Shown here piece after piece: positions 30,162-39,419 of a stretch of DNA of 64,000 nucleotides. A program made the position numbers and the translations under genes. The stretch covers positions 364,654 to 428,653 of the forward strand of contig CANNFU010000004.1 in assembly GCA_947503965.1 (NCBI GenBank). The letters are read 5' to 3'. The notes below the pieces were generated by a model. That model made no database searches. It was not told the origin of the DNA and saw nothing but the letters and a program-made list of their open reading frames with translations. Origin of the DNA: an uncultured Rhodobacteraceae bacterium (GTDB lineage Bacteria; Pseudomonadota; Alphaproteobacteria; Rhodobacterales; Rhodobacteraceae). Within the stretch, counting starts at the first letter, position 1. Each line of letters begins with the position of its first letter.

Positions 30162-30647
30162 GTGAAGCGCCAATGGCATGTCCTCGTCATTGTCTGTGTC
30201 CAGGTGCTTTGCGCCTTTTTTTTCGTTTCACAGATTCTGGCATCCATCATCGGTATCGGACCCGTCAGTTGGCAGGTCTATGAACTGATTGAATTGGGCG
30301 CAGCACTTGGGCTGCTGTTGGGTGTCGGATTGGGGTGGATTGTCTTGCGCCGCACAATGGCCCGCAATGTCGTGGTCGAGGATCAGTTACGCGTCGCGTC
30401 AGGCGCATTTCTCGACGTGATGGAGGAACGGTTCACCACCTGGGAGTTAACCCCCGCAGAACGCGACGTGGCGCTGTTCGCGATCAAAGGTATGTCAACA
30501 CAGGAAATCGCCACCCTGCGCGAGGTCAGTGAAGGCACAATCAAGGCGCAAACCAACGCGATTTATCGCAAGGCCGGTGTGTCAGGCCGCACCCAATTGC
30601 TCAGCCTGTTCATCGACGACCTGATGGCGGATGTGACGCCGGGCTAA
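30162..30647 (+). CDS. membrane-anchored LuxR-family (HTH) transcriptional regulator
   Basis: GTG start 10 nt after an AAGGAGG RBS. Two N-terminal TM helices precede a C-terminal LuxR-type HTH (LTPAERDVALFAIKGMSTQEIATLREVSEGTIKAQTNAIYRKAGV). Confidence 0.7.
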   Translation: MKRQWHVLVIVCVQVLCAFFFVSQILASIIGIGPVSWQVYELIELGAALGLLLGVGLGWIVLRRTMARNVVVEDQLRVASGAFLDVMEERFTTWELTPAERDVALFAIKGMSTQEIATLREVSEGTIKAQTNAIYRKAGVSGRTQLLSLFIDDLMADVTPG

Positions 30648-30962
30648 CCCAGGGTCAGTCCAAACCGCGCAATATCTGCCAAGATCCAGTCGAGGATCGC
30701 GCGCAGCCACGGCCGCTAAATCCACGGCGCCTTTTCATTTATTGCGCAACTTGGTAATTTTGTTGCGCGCACGCCACAGTTTGAAAACTGGCCTGATTTC
30801 TAAGGTTGAGCGAATCCAACCCTTCCCTCTATTCAGCACATCCCGATCAGACGGATCGGACCCTAGCGGCCAGAGGTGATCACTCTGCCGGTGCGGGCGG
30901 CGCTGCCAGCCCCGTATGCCAGGGTCGGGACGTTGAATGGGGCTTGGCCTGTTACGCCAATG

Positions 30963-31039
30963 TTCGATGTAGCTCATCTGGATAGAGCAATAGACTACGA
31001 ATCTATAGGGAGCGGGTTCGAATCCCGCCATTGAAACCA
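30963..31039 (+). tRNA. tRNA-Arg (anticodon ACG), CCA encoded
   Basis: Manual cloverleaf from the sequence. The acceptor stem TTCGATG/CATTGAA has one G-U pair. D arm GCTC-atctggata-GAGC. Anticodon arm ATAGA-ctACGaa-TCTAT. Variable loop AGGGA. T arm GCGGG-ttcgaat-CCCGC. Discriminator A, then CCA. Confidence 0.85.
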
Positions 31040-31430
31040 ACGGTAAATGGGAAACCATTGAGGTTCGACTCCTCATCTGACGTCTTCAAAACGTCTTCCA
31101 TTCGGGTATCCGGGGTTGCCTCAGCAGGGGTGGCCTGCCCGCTTGTGGCCGCCTGACGGTCGCAAAACGAACGGTCATCGCTGCTCTGCCCTTTTGGCGG
31201 CAACAGGCGATGGCAGGCACGGCCCTTGGTCCGGCAAAGGTGGTTTCGACCGCCCCACACCGCGCCTTTGGCCTTGCCTGCCCGCTCACCTCGTTGCCCC
31301 CGAATGGGCATGGCGCGGGGCGGCCTCGGATATCTTTCACACCTGTCACCCATCCCGGGTGCAACCAACCAAACCCAAAGGAGATCGCATTGCGACACCG
31401 ACGTTAACCGCAGGAGAATGAAGGAGAAGA

Positions 31431-32567
31431 ATGATGTTGCGGATACTTGATACACTGACTGGCCACCGGCGGCTGGTTCTGACCGAAAACGACCGGGCCA
31501 TCCTGACGCGCAAAGGGCGGATCGTCGATCTGCTGGGCGCAGGCGAACACCGGATCAAACGCAACGATGTGGTCGAGGCACATAACCTGACCTCGGCTTT
31601 CTTCACCGGCGGAAACGTTGACACGCTTTTGCGGGACGCACCTGATCTTGTGGCGACACATCTGGTCGAGGTTCGGACGTGCGCGACCGAGGTTGCTTTG
31701 GTGGCGCGGGACGGGCGGCTGATGACAGCGCTTGCGCCTGACAGCCGGACGCATCTTTGGGCAGATGCGGGGCCTTTCGATATCACGCGGCACGATGTAG
31801 CGGCTGATGTGCGGGTGCCCGGTGATCTGGCCAAGCGGCTGGTCCGGGGGCGGTTGGTTAGCCTACTCACCTCGGTCGAGGTGCCCGAAGGCCATGTGGG
31901 CGTCATGACCCTTGATGGGACAAACCCCACCGTGCTGGACCCCGGTTTGCACACGTTCTGGAATGTCGGACCCAAAGTGGCGGTCAAACTGGTCGACACG
32001 CGGCTCCGGTCCCATGACGTGACCGGGCACGAGATCCTGACACGTGACCGGGTAACGCTGCGGGTAAACCTTGCGGCAGACTTCCGGGTCGTGGACCCTG
32101 TGACAGCCGTCACAAAGGTCCGGGATTTCGAGGAGGCCTTGCACCGGGCCTTGGGTCTGGCCTTCCGGCGGACACTAGGGGCGCTGACGCTTGATGCGCT
32201 GTTGGCCGACAAGGTCGCCGTTGACGAAGGGGCCGCAGATGCGGTGCGGACGGAAATGGCCGGTCTTGGCGTCGAAGTGGGTGCGATCGCGTTGAAAGAC
32301 GTGATCCTGCCCGGTGAGATGCGGGACATTCTGACAGCGGTCGTCGCGGCTGAAAAGGAGGCCGAAGCCAACGTCATCCGGCGGCGGGAAGAAACGAACG
32401 CAACGCGGTCGCTTCTGAACACCGCCAAGGTGATGGCCGAGAACCCTGTGATGCTGCGGCTGAAAGAGCTGGAAGCGTTGGAGGTGATCGCCGGCAAGGT
32501 CGAGCGGTTGACCGTGCATAACGGCACCGCGGGTCTGTTGGGTGATATCGCCAAACTGCGGGACTAA
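31431..32567 (+). CDS. SPFH/band-7 (slipin-like) domain protein with an uncharacterized ~150-aa N-terminal domain
   Basis: 378 aa. The C-terminal two-thirds shows the SPFH pattern (ALTLDALLADKVAVDEGAADAVRTEMAGLGVEVGAIALKDVILPGEMRDILTAVVAAEKEAEANVIRRREE). No N-terminal TM is obvious. It lies in a locally very GC-rich stretch. Confidence 0.65.
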   Translation: MMLRILDTLTGHRRLVLTENDRAILTRKGRIVDLLGAGEHRIKRNDVVEAHNLTSAFFTGGNVDTLLRDAPDLVATHLVEVRTCATEVALVARDGRLMTALAPDSRTHLWADAGPFDITRHDVAADVRVPGDLAKRLVRGRLVSLLTSVEVPEGHVGVMTLDGTNPTVLDPGLHTFWNVGPKVAVKLVDTRLRSHDVTGHEILTRDRVTLRVNLAADFRVVDPVTAVTKVRDFEEALHRALGLAFRRTLGALTLDALLADKVAVDEGAADAVRTEMAGLGVEVGAIALKDVILPGEMRDILTAVVAAEKEAEANVIRRREETNATRSLLNTAKVMAENPVMLRLKELEALEVIAGKVERLTVHNGTAGLLGDIAKLRD

Positions 32568-32652
32568 AACGGACCCATCCGGGGCATCCCCGGGTGGGTC
32601 CTTTTGCGCATCGCCTAGCCAGACCAAACACCGCGGCGCAAAGGTGGTGGCG

Positions 32653-33450
32653 TCAATACGGCTTTTCAATTCCCAGCGTCTTGCGCAATTGCGCCCATGT
32701 CGCCGCCTCGAACCGTTCAGGCCAGTCTGCACCAATGGCCTTCGCGCGGTCCCGGGCGCGCGGCAGATAGACTTTGGCATAGGCCAGATGCGTGTCAATC
32801 ATCGCTTGTCGTTCCGGCACTGGCGGTGGGAGCGAGAGTATCAAATCCTTCTGCTCATCCGTGATCAACCGATTGAGATGCAGAATGCCCCCGCGGTTCG
32901 GTGCGTTCGTTTCGGCGATCAGCAAGTCGACCAGCTTGTTGCGCAGATGGAACACGCCCAGCACGCCGTTTATATATTCTTCGCGACCGGCGGCCAAATG
33001 TAACAAACCCAGTATACGAATGAATTCCTCGACCTGATAGGTGAACCGCTTTGGGTCAGGCACGACCTCAGGCGATTCTGCAGCCAAGCCTTCGTAGATA
33101 TCATCGTGATCGAACAACACCTTCAGACTGCTTTGGGCATGCGCACGCATCTGTTCGGGCTTCAGGATGATGACATCTGTGCGGGTCCAGTCATCCGTGA
33201 TCGCGTTGATCAAAACGGGAACGGTGCTGCGATCCCACCACAGAACAATCTCACCCGTTTGCGCGACAGCGTCGTACCAGACCTGTGCAACCGCGTCCGT
33301 CGCGCCATCCTCGGCGACCATGATAAAGTCGATATCGCTATGGGCATCCGCCATACCGTTGCCATAGCTGCCGCTCAGGAACAGGGCGCGGATACCGGGG
33401 GCCTCCGTGGTTGCATCCGTGATGGTGGAAATGACGTCGGCGTGGTTCAT
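32653..33450 (-). CDS. nucleotidyltransferase, ANT(6)/AadK-like (aminoglycoside adenylyltransferase family) protein
   Basis: 265 aa with the minimal NTase motif LFLSGSYGNGMADAHSDIDFIMV. Overall similarity is to streptomycin 6-adenylyltransferase-like proteins. Confidence 0.55.
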   Translation of the reverse strand: MNHADVISTITDATTEAPGIRALFLSGSYGNGMADAHSDIDFIMVAEDGATDAVAQVWYDAVAQTGEIVLWWDRSTVPVLINAITDDWTRTDVIILKPEQMRAHAQSSLKVLFDHDDIYEGLAAESPEVVPDPKRFTYQVEEFIRILGLLHLAAGREEYINGVLGVFHLRNKLVDLLIAETNAPNRGGILHLNRLITDEQKDLILSLPPPVPERQAMIDTHLAYAKVYLPRARDRAKAIGADWPERFEAATWAQLRKTLGIEKPY

Positions 33451-33511
33451 ATGGTGCCCTCGACTTGTCTGATAGGGTGCACATTATCAGCCGGTCAGGG
33501 ACGCCACCAGC

Positions 33512-34255
33512 CTACACGTGATCCAACGTCACAGGCTCGGGACGACCGACACGACACAGATCACAGATGCGCACGGCCTCGGTAATGCCCATCAGCGCCA
33601 GTTCACGGAAACTGGGCAAAACGAACGGGTCCGCGCGGGCATAATCGACCTCATACCCGATATCCTCGAACGCGGCGACCGACAGACGGCTGAGCGGGCG
33701 GTCATCGCCCGACAGGAAGCCGGTCAGCAGTTCATCGCCAAAGATCAGCTCGCGCCAATGTCCTTCGCGGGTGCCTGCCCCGCCGGTATTGGACAAAGGC
33801 ACCGCATCCCCGCCCGCCGCATCAAGAGCTGCATATTCCCGGATTGAGGCCGTACCGGTGAACCGCGGGTCCATACTGCCGGTCCCACGGATCAACCCCT
33901 TGCGCGACCAAAGCGTACCAAAGCCCAGAACATGCGCCATTTCATGCAGGATCACATCTTCAAAGCTGCCACCGGCCTCAAGATTCGCCACATCTGCGTC
34001 GTCGAATTGCATGATCCCGGCAACGGGTAAATCAGTATCAGGGCGCAGGATCGTGGGGCCTGCCTGCCCCAAAACGCCGCTCTCGCCGTCGATATCCTCG
34101 ATCATCACGTCAATGCGCACCCCGGTCAGCACATCACCATCCACATCAATCGGCGCAAACCCGGTATTTATGACATTGTCCCAACGCGCCGCCGCCCGAT
34201 CAAAGACGCCGCGACGCCCGGCTGACAATTCTGTGACGTAGTTCAGGGTGATCAT
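33512..34255 (-). CDS. zinc metallopeptidase, HEXXH (leishmanolysin/M8-like motif HEMAHVLGFG)
   Basis: 247 aa. The HEMAHVLGFG motif is read directly from the sequence. There is no obvious signal peptide. Confidence 0.55.
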   Translation of the reverse strand: MITLNYVTELSAGRRGVFDRAAARWDNVINTGFAPIDVDGDVLTGVRIDVMIEDIDGESGVLGQAGPTILRPDTDLPVAGIMQFDDADVANLEAGGSFEDVILHEMAHVLGFGTLWSRKGLIRGTGSMDPRFTGTASIREYAALDAAGGDAVPLSNTGGAGTREGHWRELIFGDELLTGFLSGDDRPLSRLSVAAFEDIGYEVDYARADPFVLPSFRELALMGITEAVRICDLCRVGRPEPVTLDHV

Positions 34256-34503
34256 GATGTCTCTCCTGCATGGCCTATACGAGCATTAACAAAGCAGACT
34301 TGGGCGCGGTGTGGAACCGTAACACGACGTATCGGCGCCCCGTGGCTGACGCCGGGGATCTGCAATGGCCAGATTATGCCTGTCTATCAAACGAGGTGAG
34401 TGTGCAGGGCGCGTTTGGGAAGGTACCACAGCATAACCGAATGCGCTTGTTATGGCAGAAACTGTGCTTGTGACCGCGCCAATCCGGGCAATGGCTGAGG
34501 TGA

Positions 34504-34779
34504 TTATTGGCCTGTACTGACCACTTGATCCTCATCGTCCAATACGGCGAAACGCGCCGCCACACCCATCGCACATAAAATCAGGACACATGTACCACCA
34601 AGGCTGTAGGCGACCGAGGCGCCCAGCAGACCATAGCCGAAGGCCAGCATGATCAGGGCAAAGGCAAGGCCGCCAACGAAAGAACACACAAGGCTCGCCA
34701 TCAAGTTAAGATCATTTGTCATCGAAATATACCACGTTGCATCAATTGCCGACCCGTCTAGGCCAAACCCAATGCACAC
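34504..34779 (-). CDS. hypothetical small membrane protein
   Basis: ORF with two predicted TM helices. The likely start is MTNDLNLM. Confidence 0.35.
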   Translation of the reverse strand: MCIGFGLDGSAIDATWYISMTNDLNLMASLVCSFVGGLAFALIMLAFGYGLLGASVAYSLGGTCVLILCAMGVAARFAVLDDEDQVVSTGQ

Positions 34780-34977
34780 GCCTATGGGAAGATTGTCCGC
34801 CTGTTCCCCAGTCGTAACGTCACTTTCGATTTTTTACGGGTCATAAAAATGCCAAAACCGGCAGATTTACCCTGATTGGTGTGCTTCGGTGATTTGCAGA
34901 ACTGGTGTCCAATAAGTCAAGAATGCACGATTCTGAATGTTCCGTGATATGGGAAAAACGCAGCAAAGGTCGCGACA

Positions 34978-35937
34978 ATGCTAGACTTCAACAGATGGAA
35001 AAGATCGATTACTTTTCTTGAAGGCCCGACACGGGAATGCGCAAACCCCTACGATCAGGATGCGACCGAACATGTGCGCACAGCGCGTATCACTGGGCCG
35101 TGGCATCGCAATATGCCAGCGTATCTCGAAAAACACGCGGCCAAAGGCTTGGCATTTTCGTTCAAGGATGGATTTCGGTGCACAAGCTATGATTTCTTTG
35201 CAGAATTGAGGTTCATCGAAGCCTTCAATGTGCCGACTTACAACCCCGACTTCGATTTCGGTGACATGCCGATTTCCCTTCTGTCAGGGCTTAGGAGGAT
35301 CAAAGCATCAGGGAATGTGAAACAGACCATCGATCTTTCGACGCTACCGCACCTGCAGTCCTGTACGATGAAATGGCAGAAGGCGACTGAAAGCGTGTTT
35401 GAAGCCAAGTGTCTGAAACGCTTGCAGATCCGCAGCCTGAGCAAGCAAGGCGCAGAGGGTCTGGCAAACCTCACATCCCTCGAAAATCTGGAGGTGTCGC
35501 ATAGCGGCATTCATTCCTTCGCGCCAATCAGCGCATTGACCCAGCTAAGGCGACTGTCGCTATCGGTTTGCCGTGGCCTCGAAAACCTTGATGGGATTGA
35601 GGCGCTGCAGAACCTGCGCTGTCTGCATCTGGACGAGGTGCATCATGTGTCTTCTTTTGATTGTTTGACGCCGCTGAAGAACCTAGAAGTCCTGACAATT
35701 GCGGATGCGCGCGACATCGAATCCGTTGCGCCGCTGAAAGAACTACCAAATCTTAGGGCGCTCTGGATCGCGGGCACAAAGACCAGGATTGTCGATGGCG
35801 ACCTGACCCCGTTGACGCACCTACCAAAACTGGCGATGCTGACGCTGGGAAACAAGCGGCACTACAGCCACCAGGTGATCAAGAAGTGGAGTTGGGATAA
35901 CCTCGAAAAACCCGACACATTGCTTGAGAAGGTCTAA
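34978..35937 (+). CDS. leucine-rich repeat (LRR) domain protein
   Basis: 319 aa with about 7 LRR units (LxxLxxLxLxx[CN]xxL: LANLTSLENLEVSHSGIHSFAPISALTQLRRLSLSVCRGLENLDGIEALQNLRCLHLDEV...). GC content (about 48%) is markedly below its surroundings. Confidence 0.65.
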   Translation: MLDFNRWKRSITFLEGPTRECANPYDQDATEHVRTARITGPWHRNMPAYLEKHAAKGLAFSFKDGFRCTSYDFFAELRFIEAFNVPTYNPDFDFGDMPISLLSGLRRIKASGNVKQTIDLSTLPHLQSCTMKWQKATESVFEAKCLKRLQIRSLSKQGAEGLANLTSLENLEVSHSGIHSFAPISALTQLRRLSLSVCRGLENLDGIEALQNLRCLHLDEVHHVSSFDCLTPLKNLEVLTIADARDIESVAPLKELPNLRALWIAGTKTRIVDGDLTPLTHLPKLAMLTLGNKRHYSHQVIKKWSWDNLEKPDTLLEKV

Positions 35938-35946
35938 GGCAGGGTA

Positions 35947-35985
35947 AAAAAACCCGCCGCAGTTTCCTGCGACGGGTTCAATTCT
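35947..35985. terminator. bidirectional intrinsic terminator between the LRR gene and rpsA
   Basis: AAAAAAACCCGCCGCAGtttcCTGCGACGGGTTCAATTC, a hairpin flanked by A- and T-rich runs. Confidence 0.6.
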
Positions 35986-36003
35986 CAAACTGCTAGGTCT
36001 GAC

Positions 36004-37677
36004 TTATTCGTCGCCTTTCAGCGCGGCACCCAGGATATCACCCAAGGATGCGCCGGAATCGCTTGAGCCATACTGCTCAACCGCTTCCTTCTCTTCGGCG
36101 ATCTCGCGTGCCTTGATCGACAGACCCAGCTTGCGGGTCTTGCTGTCGATATTGGTCACGCGCACGTCAACCTTGTCGCCAACGCCGAAACGCTCCGGGC
36201 GCTGCTCGGCACGGTCACGGGACAGGTCGGACCGACGGATAAAGGATTTCGCACCTTCGTAATCCACTTCGATCCCGCCATCTTCGATCTTGGTCACTTC
36301 AACGGTAATGATCGAACCGCGCTTCACGCCGCCAACAGCTTCGGCAAACGGATCACCGTCAAGCGCCTTGATCGACAACGAGATACGCTCCTTCTCGACA
36401 TCCACCTCGGCAACCTTCGCCTTGACGATATCGCCTTTGCGGAAATCACCGATGACATCTTCGCCACGGCCTTCCCATGTCAGGTCGGACAGGTGAACCA
36501 TGCCGTCGATGTCGCCTTCAAGGCCGATGAACAGACCGAATTCGGTGATGTTCTTGACCTCGCCTTCAACCTCAGTGCCCTCTGGGAACTGCTCTGCAAA
36601 GACTTCCCATGGATTGCGCTGTGTCTGCTTGAGGCCCAAGGAAACGCGACGCTTGGCGCTGTCGATTTCCAAGACCATGACTTCGACTTCCTGAGAGGTC
36701 GACACGATCTTGCCGGGGTGCACGTTCTTCTTGGTCCAGGACATTTCGGACACGTGAACCAGACCCTCAACACCGGCTTCCAGCTCAACAAATGCGCCGT
36801 AGTCAGTGATGTTGGTCACACGACCCTGATGCACGGAGCCCAAGGAGAACTTGGCTTCCACCGCATCCCACGGATCATCCTGCAACTGCTTCATCCCCAA
36901 GGAAATACGATGTGTTTCCTTGTTGATCTTGATGACCTGCACCTTGATCGTCTCGCCAATGGACAGGATTTCGGACGGGTGGTTGACCCGGCGCCATGCC
37001 ATGTCGGTAACGTGCAACAGACCGTCAACACCGCCCAGATCAACGAACGCACCATATTCGGTGATGTTCTTGACCACGCCGTCAACTTCCTGGCCTTCGG
37101 TCAGGTTGCCGATGACTTCGGCGCGCTGTTCGGCACGAGATTCTTCAAGGATCGCACGACGGGACACAACGATGTTGCCACGACGACGGTCCATCTTCAG
37201 GATCTGGAACGGCTGCTTGAGACCCATCAGCGGGCCAGCGTCACGGACAGGGCGCACATCAACCTGAGAGCCGGGCAGGAACGCGACCGCGCCGCCAAGG
37301 TCCACAGTGAAACCACCTTTTACGCGGCCAAAGATCGCGCCATCGACACGCTCTTCGTCAGCATAGGCTTTTTCCAGACGATCCCACGCTTCTTCACGGC
37401 GGGCCATCTCACGAGAGATAACAGCCTCACCACGGGCATTTTCAACCTGACGCAGGAACACTTCGACAGTGTCACCGACGGCCAGTTCAGCCTCTTCCCC
37501 GGGATTTGCGAATTCTTTGATATCAACGCGGCCTTCCATCTTGTAGCCGACATCGATGATGGCTTGTCCCGCTTCGATTGCGATGACTTTGCCTTTGACA
37601 ACAGACCCTTCAGCGGGTGTGTCCATCTCGAAGCTTTCGTTCAAGAGTGCTTCAAACTCTTCCATTGTGTTTGCCAT
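36004..37677 (-). CDS. rpsA: 30S ribosomal protein S1
   Basis: 557 aa with six S1 domains. The N-terminus is MANTMEEFEALLNESFE. Confidence 0.95.
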   Translation of the reverse strand: MANTMEEFEALLNESFEMDTPAEGSVVKGKVIAIEAGQAIIDVGYKMEGRVDIKEFANPGEEAELAVGDTVEVFLRQVENARGEAVISREMARREEAWDRLEKAYADEERVDGAIFGRVKGGFTVDLGGAVAFLPGSQVDVRPVRDAGPLMGLKQPFQILKMDRRRGNIVVSRRAILEESRAEQRAEVIGNLTEGQEVDGVVKNITEYGAFVDLGGVDGLLHVTDMAWRRVNHPSEILSIGETIKVQVIKINKETHRISLGMKQLQDDPWDAVEAKFSLGSVHQGRVTNITDYGAFVELEAGVEGLVHVSEMSWTKKNVHPGKIVSTSQEVEVMVLEIDSAKRRVSLGLKQTQRNPWEVFAEQFPEGTEVEGEVKNITEFGLFIGLEGDIDGMVHLSDLTWEGRGEDVIGDFRKGDIVKAKVAEVDVEKERISLSIKALDGDPFAEAVGGVKRGSIITVEVTKIEDGGIEVDYEGAKSFIRRSDLSRDRAEQRPERFGVGDKVDVRVTNIDSKTRKLGLSIKAREIAEEKEAVEQYGSSDSGASLGDILGAALKGDE

Positions 37678-37914
37678 GTGGCGTCGTGTTCCTAACGTTT
37701 GGTTTTATACGGGCCGCGCGGTTGTCTCCGCCGGTCTTTCAGATTGCAGTTTGGTCTGGCGCCATTCACGGAACATAAAACAACAGGGCCGGTTCAGAAC
37801 CGACCCCACTCAAGTCTCAAGTCCGCGCCTGTCTCGACGCTTCGACAGGGCGGCGTATAGGGGGGATTCCCCTGTAATGCAAGGCCTACGCCACGCATAT
37901 ACGCCGCTGATCGC

Positions 37915-39303
37915 TTACCGGAAAATCAACCTGTCCTGTAAAGCATCCAGATCAGCCTGATAGGCATCAACCGCCTCCTGACCCCGAATACCCATGGCAT
38001 CGGCCTGCGCAACCCAATCTGCAATGCGTACCTGAGAGACCTCTTCCAGTTCCGCAAGCAATGCGGGGCTGGCTTTGACAACATTCAGACCAGTATCCAA
38101 CATGTGCCGGCGATGCCCATTGTCGAATGCGTCCCAAGACGCTGACCGATGCGCAAGGTATTCACCCGAGATCGCCTCGATCGCGGCTTGGTCGGCAGGC
38201 GAAATCTGACGCCATGCCTCGTTTGACAGAATGACCGAGAATGTCGGTGTATAAAGGCCATAATCCACTTCGGTTACGGTGCGATCCTCGGTCCAGACAC
38301 CGGCAGCGCGCGCGGCTCCGTGGGCCATAAAGAAGGTGAGTGTCCCGTTCACCTCTTCATTTTGCGCCATCAGCTGCATTTCGTTCTCTGCACGCACGGC
38401 TGCCGGCCCGCGGGTATCCAAGCCTTCAAAGTAAGGAACAGCATAATTGTTCAGATCGGCGACGCCCGCGTCTAATTCAACAGGCTGACTGCTGAGCCGC
38501 CAGATATGCGCAGCCGGAGCAGCCACAAAACCCATGACTTTTGCGTCATCAAAGTAATCGGTGTCCGCAAGATAGTTGGCATGCAAATTCCAAAGCGAAA
38601 CAGCCGTTTGCTCCGCCGATCCCCCCATCAACGGGATCATCGGCAGTTGCAGCAGTGGGTGTGACGCATCCAGATACCCGTTGAACAGGTAGGTGCCATC
38701 AACCGCGCCTGATGTAACAAGTTCAAACTGAGCCTTGGGGTCGCGGTTCATGACAGGTGGGTCGATAAACTGCACGCGCCCCTCTGTCACATCGGCAATC
38801 TCGGCCAGATAATAATCAATGATACCGTCATTCATAATGAATTTGGGTGCGGATGTTTTGTTGAAGGTGAAAACCAGGTTTTCCGTGGCCGAAGCCGTTA
38901 CTGTCGGCGCGTCTGATCCCGGTTCGATGGTTGTCGATGTAGGCACTGGCGCAGTGGCGGCGGCGATCTCGCCCTCCAAACAGGGCACCTGCAGATTTTG
39001 GCCAACCAATATCAGATTAGGATTGCGTCCAATCGTCTCCGCATTGGCCCGATAAAGCGCAGCGAAAACGCTTGTCCCATAAGCACGAAAGCTGATCTGA
39101 CTAAGGGTGTCGCCCCGCACGACCATATAGGGCTGCCCACAGGCGATTTCTGCTGTTTTCGTCTGGGACACCGCTGCAAACGGGGTACCCACAACTAACA
39201 AGGATGCCAGAATACTGGCATTGACTGTCTTACTCACCAAATTACTCCACTCGTCAAAAACTGTTGGTGTTTCGATATACAAATCGAAGAAGACGCGACG
39301 CAA
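37915..39303 (-). CDS. LysM domain-containing secreted protein with large uncharacterized C-terminal domain
   Basis: It has a LysM motif (YMVVRGDTLSQISFRAYGTSVFAALYRANAE...LILVGQNLQVP). The likely true start is the GTG at 39237 (VSKTVNASILASLLVVG signal peptide). Confidence 0.6.
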   Translation of the reverse strand: MRRVFFDLYIETPTVFDEWSNLVSKTVNASILASLLVVGTPFAAVSQTKTAEIACGQPYMVVRGDTLSQISFRAYGTSVFAALYRANAETIGRNPNLILVGQNLQVPCLEGEIAAATAPVPTSTTIEPGSDAPTVTASATENLVFTFNKTSAPKFIMNDGIIDYYLAEIADVTEGRVQFIDPPVMNRDPKAQFELVTSGAVDGTYLFNGYLDASHPLLQLPMIPLMGGSAEQTAVSLWNLHANYLADTDYFDDAKVMGFVAAPAAHIWRLSSQPVELDAGVADLNNYAVPYFEGLDTRGPAAVRAENEMQLMAQNEEVNGTLTFFMAHGAARAAGVWTEDRTVTEVDYGLYTPTFSVILSNEAWRQISPADQAAIEAISGEYLAHRSASWDAFDNGHRRHMLDTGLNVVKASPALLAELEEVSQVRIADWVAQADAMGIRGQEAVDAYQADLDALQDRLIFR

Positions 39304-39419
39304 AGACCACGTTCCCTTACGTCACTAATCACCGATCATGACTTAAATATGGCTGAAATTTTCACCCAAAATTTTACAATCCGGGCTGTCTATATGCGCC
39401 GCGCCGAACTGTCGTTTCG

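Noticed and set aside
29378-30250. Four ORFs in other frames or on the other strand across the acidic-tail region (29378..29686 Met/Thr/Lys-rich, 29406..29702 poly-Ser, 29819..30139, 29945..30250 poly-His/Arg)
   Set aside because: They are frame-shifted or reverse readings of the (GAY/GAR)n codon repeats. The sense frame encodes the signal peptide plus PepSY domain, and the others have no start context.
30735-31455. Minus-strand ORFs (113 and 150 aa) overlapping the tRNA-Arg gene and the downstream non-coding region
   Set aside because: They overlap a well-formed tRNA and have no start context, so they are most likely non-coding.
31346-32554. 402-aa minus-strand ORF fully overlapping the SPFH gene
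   Set aside because: The region is above 65% GC and keeps the antisense frame open. The translation is Ser/Arg/Thr/Ala low-complexity. The plus-strand SPFH reading has a clean RBS and domain homology.
36493-37695. 400-aa plus-strand ORF antisense to rpsA
   Set aside because: It overlaps a highly conserved ribosomal protein S1 gene on the other strand. It has no homology-like features.
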